Positions 12,944 through 24,500 of a stretch of DNA of 64,000 nucleotides are shown one piece after another. A program made the translations under genes and the position numbers. This DNA is from Octopus sinensis (lineage: Eukaryota). The DNA is taken from NCBI RefSeq assembly GCF_006345805.1, contig NC_043000.1, positions 85,932,001 to 85,996,000 on the forward strand. The letters are read 5' to 3'. The notes under the pieces were generated by a model, which ran no database searches, was not told the DNA's origin, and saw only the letters and a list, made by a program, of their open reading frames with translations. Numbering within the stretch: position 1 is the stretch's first letter; each line of letters begins with the position of its first letter.

Positions 12944-13529
12944 TACTTTTTTAAAGTCTGGCACTTATGTGCATTTCTTTTGTCAAACTACTATGTCACA
13001 GAAATTTAAATTAACCAACACTAATTGTTAAGAGATAGAGGGAGACAAAAATACAAATGTTGCCTATATAAATAAAATAAACTAAACTAAATAATGTAGG
13101 TGGATTTATGTTACACTTCCCTGCCACACAACAGCTTTTAACAACTAACAACTAATTGCTAGAAATAGCAATAATATCATCTTCAAATCTACTGCCTTAA
13201 CAAAGGAAGTTGACATCGAATAATTGTTATACTGTGGATCCTCGTCCACTTGTATGTTATTATCAGCATTGTAATATTCTTGTTGCCACTATTATGCTGT
13301 GACGGTATTCCGTGTCTCATTATCTTTGATTTGCCTATCATGCTATAAGACAATGACTTGAAACTTGAACTCATATATAACTTGAACTCATATATAACAT
13401 GTAACTGACACTGACTCCAAGTGAGAACTCCTACAATGACTCTACTACTACTGATCTTCTACAAAGACTGACTGTCTGATTTTATAGTGGCTTCTCATAC
13501 CCCTTTGCCACATGGAAAGGGGAGCTTCA

Positions 13530-14001
13530 CATAGCAGCCCCAGTCCATCCAAAGTACCTTGGATTGCAGGATGGCCTACTGTGCTTACCTTGGATCGTAG
13601 GGCGACCTGCTGTGCTTGAGGAGACCTGTTGAGTCAAGTACATCAACATTAAAATAAAAATCAAATGGAAATTGTAGTTGCGATACCCATGCCAGTGGCA
13701 CGTAAAAAGCACCATCTGAATGTGGCCAATGCCAGCGCTGCCTTGACTGGCTTCTGTGCTGGTGGCACGTAAAAAGCACCAACCCATTGTTGCCGTTGCC
13801 AGCCTCCCCTGGCCCCTATGCCGGTGGCACGTAAAAAGCACCCACTACACTCATGGAGTGGTTGGCATTAGAAAGGGCATCCAGCTGTAGAAAACTGCCA
13901 GAATCAGACTGGAGCCTGGTGCAGCCTCCTGGCTTCCCAGACCCTGGTCGAACCGTCCAACCCATGCTAGCAAAGAAAACGGACGTTAAATGATGATGAT
14001 G
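13530..14001 (+). mobile_element. RTE-type LINE 3' UTR, relatively young
   Basis: Three GTGGCACGTAAAAAGCACC units; ends AAACGGACGTTAAATGATGATGATG; homologous to 26353-26800(-). Confidence 0.85.
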
Positions 14002-14680
14002 AATATTGTAGCCCATAAATATACAAACAGACACATTTATCATGACTGGAAACCCCTTGATCATAGGTCTGCTTGATCACTGTTGACTTAGGGTTAAATA
14101 AAAACTACAACAACAATTACTGCTTTGGATAATGAATGTTACAGAACAGTCTGAGAAGTTGATTAGAAATGCAGAATAAAATCTTTTACAGTTTTAAAAA
14201 ATTTGTCAAAGAATTTGAAAGAAACTATCATGTGATATGGGAAGATTTTATTAATGGTTGGGGAGTAGCTCTCTGAACAAAGACAAAGGAGAAAGAACAA
14301 TTTGAGGTTTTAGGAATGGGTTAAATATGTAGAACAGAAATAACTGAATAAACACTTGACTGTATTGTTCTGGTCTTGTGATCTAGATATACTGAACATC
14401 AGTCTGCAGTGGGACCATTCTGTGTGTTTAAAATAGTTTTACTTAGTAAGGTTCTTTTTTTGATTCTTATGGTTATAATGGTTATATGATAGTCTCCTAC
14501 TTCTTTACTTAGTTCTTTGCATTTTTATTAAACTCTGCTGAGTTTAGGCAGTAGACGTAAGACAAGACAGTGTTCTATAGTATGGTCTGCTTCTTCATAT
14601 TCATGGGTGGTTAGGCCAGTCTTGTAGCCTGATTTGACCATAGAGACTTTTAATCATCCCATTCTCATTTTCAAATGATT

Positions 14681-15337
14681 GAGTGTCACCCACTTTTCTA
14701 TATTGTATTGTGCCTCTAGATAATACACTGTTTTCCCAGAGAAATAAAACTTAGGTCCACCACCAAGTCTATTTTCCCATTTAATGTAAGAGTATGCCAA
14801 GTAAAAAGTATAATATTGCCATTCTGCATCCTGCAAAGCTTGACATAGGCCTTTTGCCTACTGCATTTCCACTTTAGGCTGAATAGACCTTCCTTAGATA
14901 ACCTAGTACTTGTGAGCTCCCTTGCTCGCATCATATTGGTGCCAATCTCAGCACAAGCACCTGATTACTATAGAAGACTGACTACTGGGAATCCTTGTCT
15001 CACACTGGCCAGGCAAACTCAAATTTTTTGGCAGCTAGGTTACAAGAACATGTCACAAATCTTTCCTTTAAGTACCACATCAAAAACACCAAATTGAAAG
15101 TTGGTTCCTGAAACAACATCCTATGGAAACTGGTCAACACCAAATGGCTCCTCATTTTGTGTGTCAAGCTGTGTCAAGCTTTACAGGGTGCAGAGTGGCA
15201 ATAATATTATACATTTTACTTGGCCTACACATGTATTAAAAGTAAAAATAGACTTGGGTGGTGGACTTATGTTCTATTTCTCTGGGGAAACAGTGTATTA
15301 TCTAGAGGCACAATGTGATATAGAAAAGTTGGTGCTC
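14681..15337. mobile_element. Fold-back/MITE-like element with ~160-bp imperfect terminal inverted repeats
   Basis: 14687-14845 is the diverged reverse complement of 15172-15334. Confidence 0.75.
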
Positions 15338-15774
15338 ATAGCATTATGGTCCAGACAATAAAACTTAAGATTTCCTAAATAAATCACTAGTTGTGTATTA
15401 TTACTAATAAGTTAACCTATTAATTAATGATTAATAACATTTACTGTTTGAGTTTGATTGTTTTTATTGATACCCTTTTAGTTAATTAAATCATCAATTG
15501 ATGAATGAAATGGAACTGCCTTCTTTGCTCTGGATACTGGGTACTTTACTTGTAGAATGTCACTTTGTTCCAGAGATTAAATAATTATTCAAGGCAAGGC
15601 ACATCAGATATTTTAGAGTTTGAGAAACAAGAAGCTTAATATTTATGGATTATTTCAACAAAACAGTAAAAAAGAAAAAAAAAACAGTCAATATATGCTG
15701 CTATAATTGATTTTGTAGCATTGTATAAAAAAGAAAATAAGGAAGATAAAAATATAAATTATAAAAAAAGCTAC

Positions 15775-15877
15775 CCTTTGTTGGAGACTCGATTTCTTCA
15801 AGCAGTTCAAAATTATTCTGATTCTTGTCATTCATGTCCACTGTTTGCGTTTCTGATGTTCTGACAGATTTCTGTTG
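15775..15877 (-). CDS. Putative coding exon (QQKSVRTSETQTVDMNDKNQNNFELLEEIESPTKG), phase 0 to 1
   Basis: tttag acceptor, G|gtagct donor, 103 nt open; phases fit both neighbours. Confidence 0.6.
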
Positions 15878-16056
15878 CTAAATTCATGATAAAAATATTA
15901 AAGAATTAAATATAGACTCTTGCCACCAATTTCTTCATGGTTGTTATATCTTAGACATTCAGAATGTTTTTACTTTTTGATTTATTCCAAAGACAGACAT
16001 ATTTCTTATGAAAACACAGATGGAATAAAAAAAATACATAAAAAGAAATTACTTAC

Positions 16057-16073
16057 TTTCAGAATTTTCTCTC
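16057..16073 (-). CDS. Putative 17-nt microexon (GEKILK), phase 1 to 0
   Basis: tttctcttctaag acceptor and gtaagt donor. Confidence 0.4.
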
Positions 16074-16152
16074 CTTAGAAGAGAAATTTTGTTATTTTAG
16101 CATGATTTCAACAATCTTAGAAAAATTATTGAAATCTAATGAAAATGTATTG

Positions 16153-16291
16153 AATGGAAATTGTAGTTGCAATACCCGTGCCAGTAGCATGTAAAAAGCA
16201 CCATCCGAATGTGGCCAATGCCAGCGCTGCCTTGACTGGCTTCTGTGCTGGTGGCACATAAAAAGCACCAACCGATTGTTGCCGTTGCCAG
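16153..16291 (+). mobile_element. Internal fragment of the RTE 3' UTR
   Basis: Closely matches 13664-13803; neither element end present. Confidence 0.85.
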
Positions 16292-17020
16292 CATGTTGTC
16301 TGATAGCTATTTGGCCATTTGCATGGCATTTCATCGGTTAAAGTGTTATTTTTTAAAGAAAGAAATGGTGTCAGCACAGCAAAAATTATTTAAGTTATGT
16401 GGGAAAACATTGAAAAATAAGAGAATAAAAAGCCAAAAATGTCAGATGCATAATGACTAGAAACCAAAGTAAAAGGTAGGCTAATGAAAAATTAGTACCA
16501 TAACATGTAACATATGCTAGAATGCAGGGAAAAAAATATGAAAAAGAACCCAGCAAATCCAAAGTCTGTGATGCCAAGTTGTATGGTTGAGAAATCATTA
16601 CTAAAACATATTGAATCTAGGAATCAGTAAAAGAGAAGTTATGAGTGCATGAAATTAAACAAACAGTCCAAGAATCTGTAAAAGGAATTATAGTGAAATG
16701 AAGCAAATGTCATTAATACTGTAGGTTAGAATTTAGGGAAATGGGTTTAGTTTGGATAACTTGCTGTTATTGGGAGATGTTTAATTCTAAATGCTTATTT
16801 AGAAAACATAAGAAATCTGTGATAAGGCTAAATAAATGAAATTCTCTCTAATCAGGAGAATGTTCTTCAAATTCACTTGAAATATCAACTATCACAGCTC
16901 CACTTCCTTTTTGTTTTTGCTATATTTCATGTTTTCATGATAAGTTATTGGAATATCATGTATAGCATTAGTTTATTTGCCTTTCACAATCTATTTATTC
17001 TCCAGACTAAAGTGAAGTAC

Positions 17021-17094
17021 CCTGAGCTGTTTCTATGTATTCAACTTCTTGTGTGGTCTTGTACGTAAGTGAAATAACACTTACATAACAAGTT
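17021..17094 (-). CDS. Candidate exon (TCYVSVISLTYKTTQEVEYIETAQG), phase 2 to 1
   Basis: actgat...ttcaatag acceptor, weak gtactt donor, 74 nt open; phase-compatible. Confidence 0.33.
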
Positions 17095-17339
17095 CTATTG
17101 AACATTAAATCAGTAAACAATGGCAAATATGAAGATTAACAGTCATAAGAGGAAGGAATATAAACAACATGAAGATAACAACTATAAGAAAACAAAAACA
17201 ACAACAGTGTGAAAATAACAACTGTTAGAAAAAGAAAAACAACAACAATGTGAAGATAACATCTTTTAGGGAAAAAGAAAGCCAAAATAATATGAAAATA
17301 AAAACTATTAGGGGAAGAAAAATGCAATAACAACATGAA

Positions 17340-17403
<64 letters not shown>
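17340..17403. repeat. (AAT)n microsatellite, about 21 units
   Basis: Direct reading. Confidence 0.97.
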
Positions 17404-17407
<4 letters not shown>

Positions 17408-17432
17408 TAAAATTGCAACAACTGCAAACAAC

Positions 17433-17488
17433 CTGTCGGTTGCTGAGTGGTTCTCTTGAAAGTTATCAATATCACCATCAAAATAAAC
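17433..17488 (-). CDS. Candidate exon (VYFDGDIDNFQENHSATDR), phase 0 to 2
   Basis: AG/GT bounded, 56 nt open, phase-compatible; splice sites weak. Confidence 0.33.
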
Positions 17489-18103
17489 CTATTTATCAAC
17501 AGATATATGCTCTCCTCTTCAACATTCACAAAATGGTATAGATAGATTACCACCCATATGGTCACAAATGACAGCTAGAGAATTACTGGTCTTTATCAAC
17601 TGTGATGACAAGTTTCACTCAGATTTCCCAGTTGAGTGGTTAATTGTAGGAAAGACATACATAAAAATGCTTCCTACAATAACACTTGGCAGAAATATAT
17701 AAATTTTTATTAAATTATTTCATTCTAAAAGATAACTGATGAAAAACAGTAAGAAGATTGAATAAGAGTAGAATTAGAAAATTTAGAAATCAGAAAATGC
17801 TTAAAAAGGAAAAAAAAAATGCCCGATCAACTCTTTCGATAGTTTTGTAAGCTAGGTAAATGTATAATTATTTCCATAGTGACTCTACTGATAATAGTTG
17901 ATGGTGGTGGTGATGATGATGGTGATGGGGATGATAGTGATGATGACAACAATGTGATGATTATATTGATGATGATGAGACAGAAGAGAAAAAGAAGATC
18001 ATCATTGTTGTTGTCATTTTCATTATCATCACCACCAACCTTCCCTTGGCAAGACCTTCATCATCATCCCCATCCAACCCCTAAACCCCTCTCAATTTCT
18101 GAC

Positions 18104-18202
18104 CTGAGTGGCTTCATACATATTTTGTAATGTTTCACATTCTGCTCTTTGAATGGCATTTTTCTCTTTCTCTTCTGAAAGAAGGATTTCTATATTCTTT
18201 AT
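18104..18202 (-). CDS. Putative coding exon, coiled-coil-like (IKNIEILLSEEKEKNAIQRAECETLQNMYEATQ), phase 0 to 0
   Basis: Strong acceptor ttttccttcttcatttgcag, CAG|gtcaga donor, 99 nt open. Confidence 0.65.
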
Positions 18203-18524
18203 CTGCAAATGAAGAAGGAAAATGAAATTACTTCTAAAATTTTATGGTAAATTCTTGTTAAAATTTACTTGATTTAAATTAATAGACTAATCTTAATTAA
18301 CGATTCAACTTGTCAGAGTTTCAGAATTTTTTTAGCAAAAAGACACAAAAACAAAACAAAAACAAAAACAGACAAAAACAAAAAAAAAACCAATAAAAAA
18401 CCAGCCAAGATATCAAAATAAACTCTATCCCACCATTAAGTGAGAGATTCGTTAACAAAAATGAAAAAGAATCTAAGACCTAATTAGTTAAAATATTCAA
18501 GAACTATCAATGGAAATGAATGAA

Positions 18525-18770
18525 TATATGTGTGTATGTGTGAGTGCATGTCTGTGTGTGTTTGTGTATGTATGTTTGTGTATATGTGTGAGTGTTTGTA
18601 CTTGCATGTATGTCTATGTGTGGTGTTTGTGTGCACATGAGTGTATGTATATATGTATGTATGTATGTGTGTGTGAGAGAGAGAGAAAGAGAGAAAATGT
18701 GTGTGTGTGTGTGAGAGAGAGAGAAAATGTATGTGTATGTGTGCACATGAATGTATGTATATATGTATGT

Positions 18771-18802
<32 letters not shown>

Positions 18803-18903
18803 AAATGTGTGTGTATGTGTGTGTGTGTGTATTTGTGTGTCTGTGCATGTATCTGTGTCTTTTCATCTCTGTGAGCGTGTATGCCTATGTGTGTGCCTGT
18901 GAG
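18525..18903. repeat. Compound (TG)n/(GA)n/(TATG)n low-complexity tract
   Basis: Direct reading. Confidence 0.9.
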
Positions 18904-19480
18904 TGTTATTATGTAAGACAAACTCCACATGATCATTGTGAAGAAAGTGAGATAATGTATCTTCAATTCCTTGTGAAAAGGATGAAAACTCTACTTGATG
19001 AGTCACAGTCCTCTCCCTCACTATATTACTAGTGTTCTTCAAACTAATCAAAACTAGTCTTGTTTTCATTTACATATATCATATATACATGCACATGTAT
19101 GTATATATATATGAATTACAACACTGACAGAGGGGTCTACTGAATATATTTCTAATTTTTAAAAATTTCTTTCATGTACATTTTATTCCAGTAATGCTTA
19201 TTGAGGTAGAAACATCACCTTGTTAGTAGCTGTCAAGCTCTTTTGTAATGCAAGTCAGATTGTATGTGATTCTACCATGATAATATAATTAAATAATATA
19301 GGAAAACCGTGAATGAACATAATTTTATCTCACCTAATCAGAATTGCTAACAATGACCAAACTGTTTTTGTTCAGCTTCCCTTTTCTCAAGGTAAATTAT
19401 TAAAAAAATTAAGAATTTACCTAAGTACCTTCATTTAGTATATTCTGCCTCAGATTCTGTGTGTGAGTGTATGTGCGCGC

Positions 19481-19514
<34 letters not shown>

Positions 19515-19519
19515 ATGTA

Positions 19520-19563
<44 letters not shown>

Positions 19564-20342
19564 TGCACACACACACACACATTATTAGTTATGATATATA
19601 ACTGGTTAAGATGTTTCCATTGGTTTCACATCAAATATTGCCAACAGACAATATTGACATTACATGAAACTGATGGTAACATCTTGACCAGTGACACACC
19701 AGAACCAGTAATCTATTGTTTAATGATGTAAAAATATACCCACTCTTATTATTTATATTGAATGTACTTTTGTTTGTGACTTACGGACTAACTCACAATG
19801 AATATGTATGTATGTATGTATGTATGCATGCATGCGTGTGTGTGTGTATGTATGTATGTATGTATGCATGTGTGTGCGTATGTGTGTGTATGTATGTGTG
19901 CGTGTATGTATGTGTGTGTGTATGTATGTATTGAGGGTATAATATACATCATCCTCATCATCGTTTAATGTCTGCCTTCCATGCTAGCATGGATATATGT
20001 TAAGGAAATTAAGGTAAACCCCACTATAAATATTTTAGCTCCTGTGTATGTCTCATATAAGTTTAGTTCCTGTGTATGTGTCATATAAGTTTAATACATG
20101 CATATATTTATATATATGCATTTATTAAACTTTTAAAAGGAAAAGGCTGACTTTGAAGTTTTAGCTTGCAGATTATCTATGCAAAAGTTTAATAAAAAGT
20201 GTAATAAACATGTACTCTACTAAAACATGCACTCGAATAAAAGTAATGAGTTATTCTTCAGTTGAATGTTAAATTGTTTTTGTATATAACTCGATAACTG
20301 AGTCTAAAAACAAAACACATATATATGTGTAAATATAAATTG

Positions 20343-20606
20343 GTAAAGACCCCCTTCGGTCATGAATGATTATGGGATTGCACCTAGAAAGTTACCCTCT
20401 AAGGCACAAGTCCGGGTAAGGTTGTTTATGGAAAACTGGCAGTTGCCCATGCATAACACTCACCCACTCCATGCCACATATGTTGTTCAAGGGAAAGGCA
20501 AAGGCCAATACAGCTTGGTACCAGCAATGTCACTACTCCTTTCTACAGCCGAGTGAACTGGAGCAACATGAAATAAAGTGTCTTGTTCAAGAACACAACA
20601 CACACA
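20343..20606 (-). mobile_element. SINE family B, 5'-truncated
   Basis: GGTAAAGACCCCCTTCGGTCATGAATGA end and body shared with 23571-23880. Confidence 0.8.
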
Positions 20607-20660
20607 CAATATATATATATATATATATACTTTATTTTAAGCAGCAGAAAAGTATATATA

Positions 20661-20731
20661 TATACTTTATTTTAAGCAGCAGAAAATTCAACAAAATTGT
20701 TGAATTTTCTGCTGCTTAAAATAAAGCATAT
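20661..20731. repeat. Near-perfect hairpin within (TA)n
   Basis: CTTTATTTTAAGCAGCAGAAAATTCAACAA-AA-TTGTTGAATTTTCTGCTGCTTAAAATAAAG. Confidence 0.9.
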
Positions 20732-20795
20732 TACTCTACCACTGGTATTTGAGTACTCTTTTTTCCACCTTGTTTCACATTTATGTGTTTACTCC

Positions 20796-20843
<48 letters not shown>

Positions 20844-20971
20844 CAGCTATAGCTCTTACAATGCTATGTAAAGTTTTTTCTTCTTATCATATTTTTAGAA
20901 TTCCACCTTTTATTTTTCTAAAGTTTCAGAAAAAATGGCTGAGAGGATAAAAGCTAACTCATGACTCATAT

Positions 20972-21357
20972 ACTCTTTTATTTGTTTCAGTCATTTGACT
21001 GTGGCCATGCTGAAGCACCACCTTTAGTTGAGTAAATCGACCCCAGGACTTATTCTTTGTAAGCCTAGTACTTATTCTATCGGTCTCTTTTGCCGAACTT
21101 CTAAGTTACGAGGACATAAACACACCAGCAGCGGTTGTCAAGCGATGTTGGGGGAAAAACACAGACACACATATATACACACATACATATATACGTCAGG
21201 CTTCTTTAAGTTTCTGTCTACCAAATCCACTCACAAGGTTTTGGTTGGCCCGAGGCTATAGTAGAAGACACCTGTCCAAGGTGCCACGCAGTGGGACTGA
21301 AACTGGAACCAAGTGGTTCATAAGCAAGCTATTTACCACACAGCCACTCCTATGCCT
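20972..21357 (-). mobile_element. SINE family A, full length
   Basis: End-to-end homology with 27019-27427. Confidence 0.9.
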
Positions 21358-22088
21358 ATGTTCACATCCACTGCAGATATTTCTTTTTGTGTTTGGAGAA
21401 GGACACTATTCTATGTTAAAGATTTGTAGGTACATTGTCTGTTTACATTTGACCTCTTGATACGAAATGTAGCAAAATTCAGTGATGGCTATAAGTTCAA
21501 TAGAGTATCTGTAGAAATAACCTTAACAAAACACTATTCTATGGGTCTAATTTTGTTTGCTGTTGAGAATAGGTACCAGTATTTCTGATGTAGTTATCTA
21601 CAACAAGCTAGAATCCTATCTAAGTCTTTTGTTATTTTCCATCCACTTATGACTATGGAAATTCCAACTGTTGAATGGGTTGTTACACAGTTGCTTGACT
21701 TACCATAGTTAGTAGCCAAATCTCCCTCAAATCACACCTTATTGCTTTAAAAAACACTGAGAAATACATACCAGATAAAAACTGAGAAATATACACCACA
21801 AAATCTGACAGAAAAGATGCTTGTCACAGTTTAAATGATGGTTAAGCAATGGAAAGTTAATACAGAATAGCAGGTAACATGCAAGTGTGATAAAAGTTAG
21901 GAGGTGATATGGGAAACTATATATTTGTGGATCATGCTTAACTATTCAATAGACTATCTTACATGCTAAAGGTCTATTTGATCCAGAATAACCTGTGATT
22001 AAACAACAACTATGGAAACTACAATTCATTACAGATTCTGTTGACCTCAAATTTGTGAAATATATATTTTTAAGAAACTTGCCATTGG

Positions 22089-22395
22089 TTAACTGTTCTG
22101 AGACCATGTTTCTAATACGCTGCTAATTTCAATGTTTTAATTAAATTAAATTTTAGTGTTTTAATCAAATTCAATTTTAATGTTTTAATTAAATTTGAAA
22201 ATAATCAAGACTCTAAAAGTATTTATCAAAACAAATATTTTGTTATTTAACTTGTCTTTAGGACATAACTTAATGAGAAAGTTTTAGATAAAATTATGAT
22301 AAAACTTTTAATTAGGACATAAACATTTTAAATTAGACAATTTTGCATCATAAAACCAGAAGTGGTTTCAGCTGGGTTGGGACTAAAATAGTTAA
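22089..22395. mobile_element. Possible piggyBac-type MITE remnant
   Basis: TTAA at both ends with short inverted ends (TTAACTGTT / AATAGTTAA); AT-rich interior. Confidence 0.3.
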
Positions 22396-23001
22396 GTGAA
22401 ACACATTGATAATTCAGACATTAAGACACGACCTGAAGATATGAAGAAATATTTTGTTTTAGTTCAATGTCAAATAGTATTTAGATCATTGATATGCAGT
22501 TGTAGAGGCATAATGGATGAAAGGGTTAATTTCTGGTTGAGAAGTTTGTATCATTAACACATAGTTTAGATTTCTCAGCCTGTATTCTGCTGCACAACTT
22601 GATTTTGACTGATAAATCTACAGCTTAGAAATGTGGTACTCTGTGCAGAGAGTTATTTTCCAAGAGGATATAAAACCAAATATTAGTTTACAATATAAAA
22701 TGATATCAAATATGGTTGAGGACTGTTTTTTAAAATGTTAAGCAAAGTGCACTACTTATTTGGCCTGAGTTTATTAAATAGATATTTAATATTCTTATGC
22801 TAATCTTAACTCTTACCTTATAGGTTAAGGAATTAGCAATAGCAAATGTAAGTAACTATTATAAAGCAATTTTAACAATTCTGAACCATCCAACTCATAT
22901 AGATTAACCAAATTTAATAAAATGCAAATACCTCCAATTTTAATTTTTCAATTATGTCTTCTTGATGCTGAAAAAAAAAAGAAAGAAGATATATATATAT
23001 G

Positions 23002-23130
23002 TATATTAGAAGAAATGAGGTGCTCAGAAATCTGGATGGTTTTATATTTACAGATATTTATTATTTACAGATAAATATCTGCAAATATAAAACCATCAAG
23101 ATTTGTGAGTACCTCATTTCTTCTAATATA
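23002..23130. repeat. ~130-bp fold-back palindrome within (TA)n
   Basis: TATATTAGAAGAAATGAGGTGCTCA... / ...TGAGTACCTCATTTCTTCTAATATA. Confidence 0.9.
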
Positions 23131-23177
23131 TAATACTTGTACATCATCTCCAAACCTTCTAATACATATATATATAT

Positions 23178-23541
23178 GTTGTGGCACTCTGTTGGTTACA
23201 ATGATGAGGGTTCCAGTCGATCTGATCAATGGAACAGCCTGCTCATGAAATTAATGTGCAAGTGGCTGAGCACTCCATAGACATTTGTACTCTTAACATA
23301 GTTCTTGGGAAGATTCAGCGTGACACAGTGTGTGACAAGGCTGGTCCTTTGAAATACAGGTACAACAGAAACAGGAAGAAAGAGTGAGAGAAAGCAGGAT
23401 TCTTCACCAACCCTGCCGGAGCCTTGTGGAGCTTTAAGTGTTTTTACTCTATTAACACTCACAACGCCTGGTCTGGGAAATGAAACTGTAATCCTATGAC
23501 CATAAGTCCACTGCCCTAACCACTGGGCCATTGTACCTCCA
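23178..23541 (-). mobile_element. tRNA-derived SINE, family C
   Basis: Minus-strand head GGAGGTACAATGGCCCAGTGGTTAGGGCAGTGGAC with A-box; degenerate B-box; bounded by (TA)n. Confidence 0.65.
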
Positions 23542-23570
23542 TATATATATATATATATATATATGAAAAG

Positions 23571-23880
23571 GGTAAAGACCCCCTTCGGTCATGAATGATT
23601 TGCCCCTTCGAAACACAAGTCTGGGCAAGATTGTTTATAGAAGACCAGCAATTGCCTATGTATACCAGCCTCCCCTCTCCACATCACTGATGTTATCCAA
23701 GGGAAAGGCAAAAGCCAACATAGCTTAGCACCAGTGATATCACAACTCATTTCTGTAAGTGAGTGAACTGGAGCAACATGAAATAAAGTGTCTTGCTCAA
23801 GAACACAACACACAGCCTGTTCTGGGAACTGAACTCACTACCTCATGATTGTGAGTTCAACTCTCTATCCACTGAACCAA
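23571..23880 (-). mobile_element. SINE family B, near full length
   Basis: tRNA-like head (GGTTCAGTGGATAGAG...GAGTTCAGTTCCC) followed by GTGTTCTTGAGCAAGACACTTTATTTC. Confidence 0.8.
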
Positions 23881-23899
23881 ACACACACACACACACACA

Positions 23900-23939
<40 letters not shown>

Positions 23940-24084
23940 GTTGTTTATGCACCTGTCTTTGTCTTTTGCTTTCTGTAAATTTCAAATATATATATATATA
24001 ATAATATAAATAATATATAAATATATGCATATATACATACATATATGTGCATACCTACATATACATGTATGTATATATGCATAA

Positions 24085-24500
24085 ATGGGTATAGGACATT
24101 AAAAAAAATGTGGACAGAATGAGAAATGAGAACATAAAAAACAAAAACATAGAAAACGAACTTTTTTTTCGAATAACAAAAATAACAAGCAAACAGAGAA
24201 ATGAGACATGCAACATAAAGAACATTCCCTTCATCAGTTGTCCCCTGTTTTATCTACTCCATGTTTCGAAGGTAAGGACAAGATGGGACTTCATTAAAAC
24301 AGTCCTTCCCGCAAAGCAAATTAAATAGAATTTGGGATTTTTTGCAGAGGGTGAAAGTGGTAGCAAAAACAGGACTGTGAGAACAAAACAGTAAAAACAA
24401 AGGGTGAGGGCTGTTAAGCCAAGACAATGTGAAGTGCTGAACATGCTGGAAAAACGAGCAAAAGGGTTGGATGGATTTTCTTGAGGCATGTTAAAATTCG
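24085..24500 (-). mobile_element. Probable Penelope-like pseudo-LTR remnant with hammerhead-like cores
   Basis: Minus strand has TAATGAAG...CTTCGAAAC..GTA and a second CTGATGAAG; sits in a TA tract. Confidence 0.4.

Noticed and set aside
17006-17064. Plus-strand exon (ttctccag...gtaagt) overlapping the minus-strand candidate exon
   Set aside because: No partner exons found on the plus strand; it does lower confidence in the 17021-17094 call
17225-17565. Poly-L, poly-Y and poly-I ORFs
   Set aside because: (AAT)n microsatellite translation
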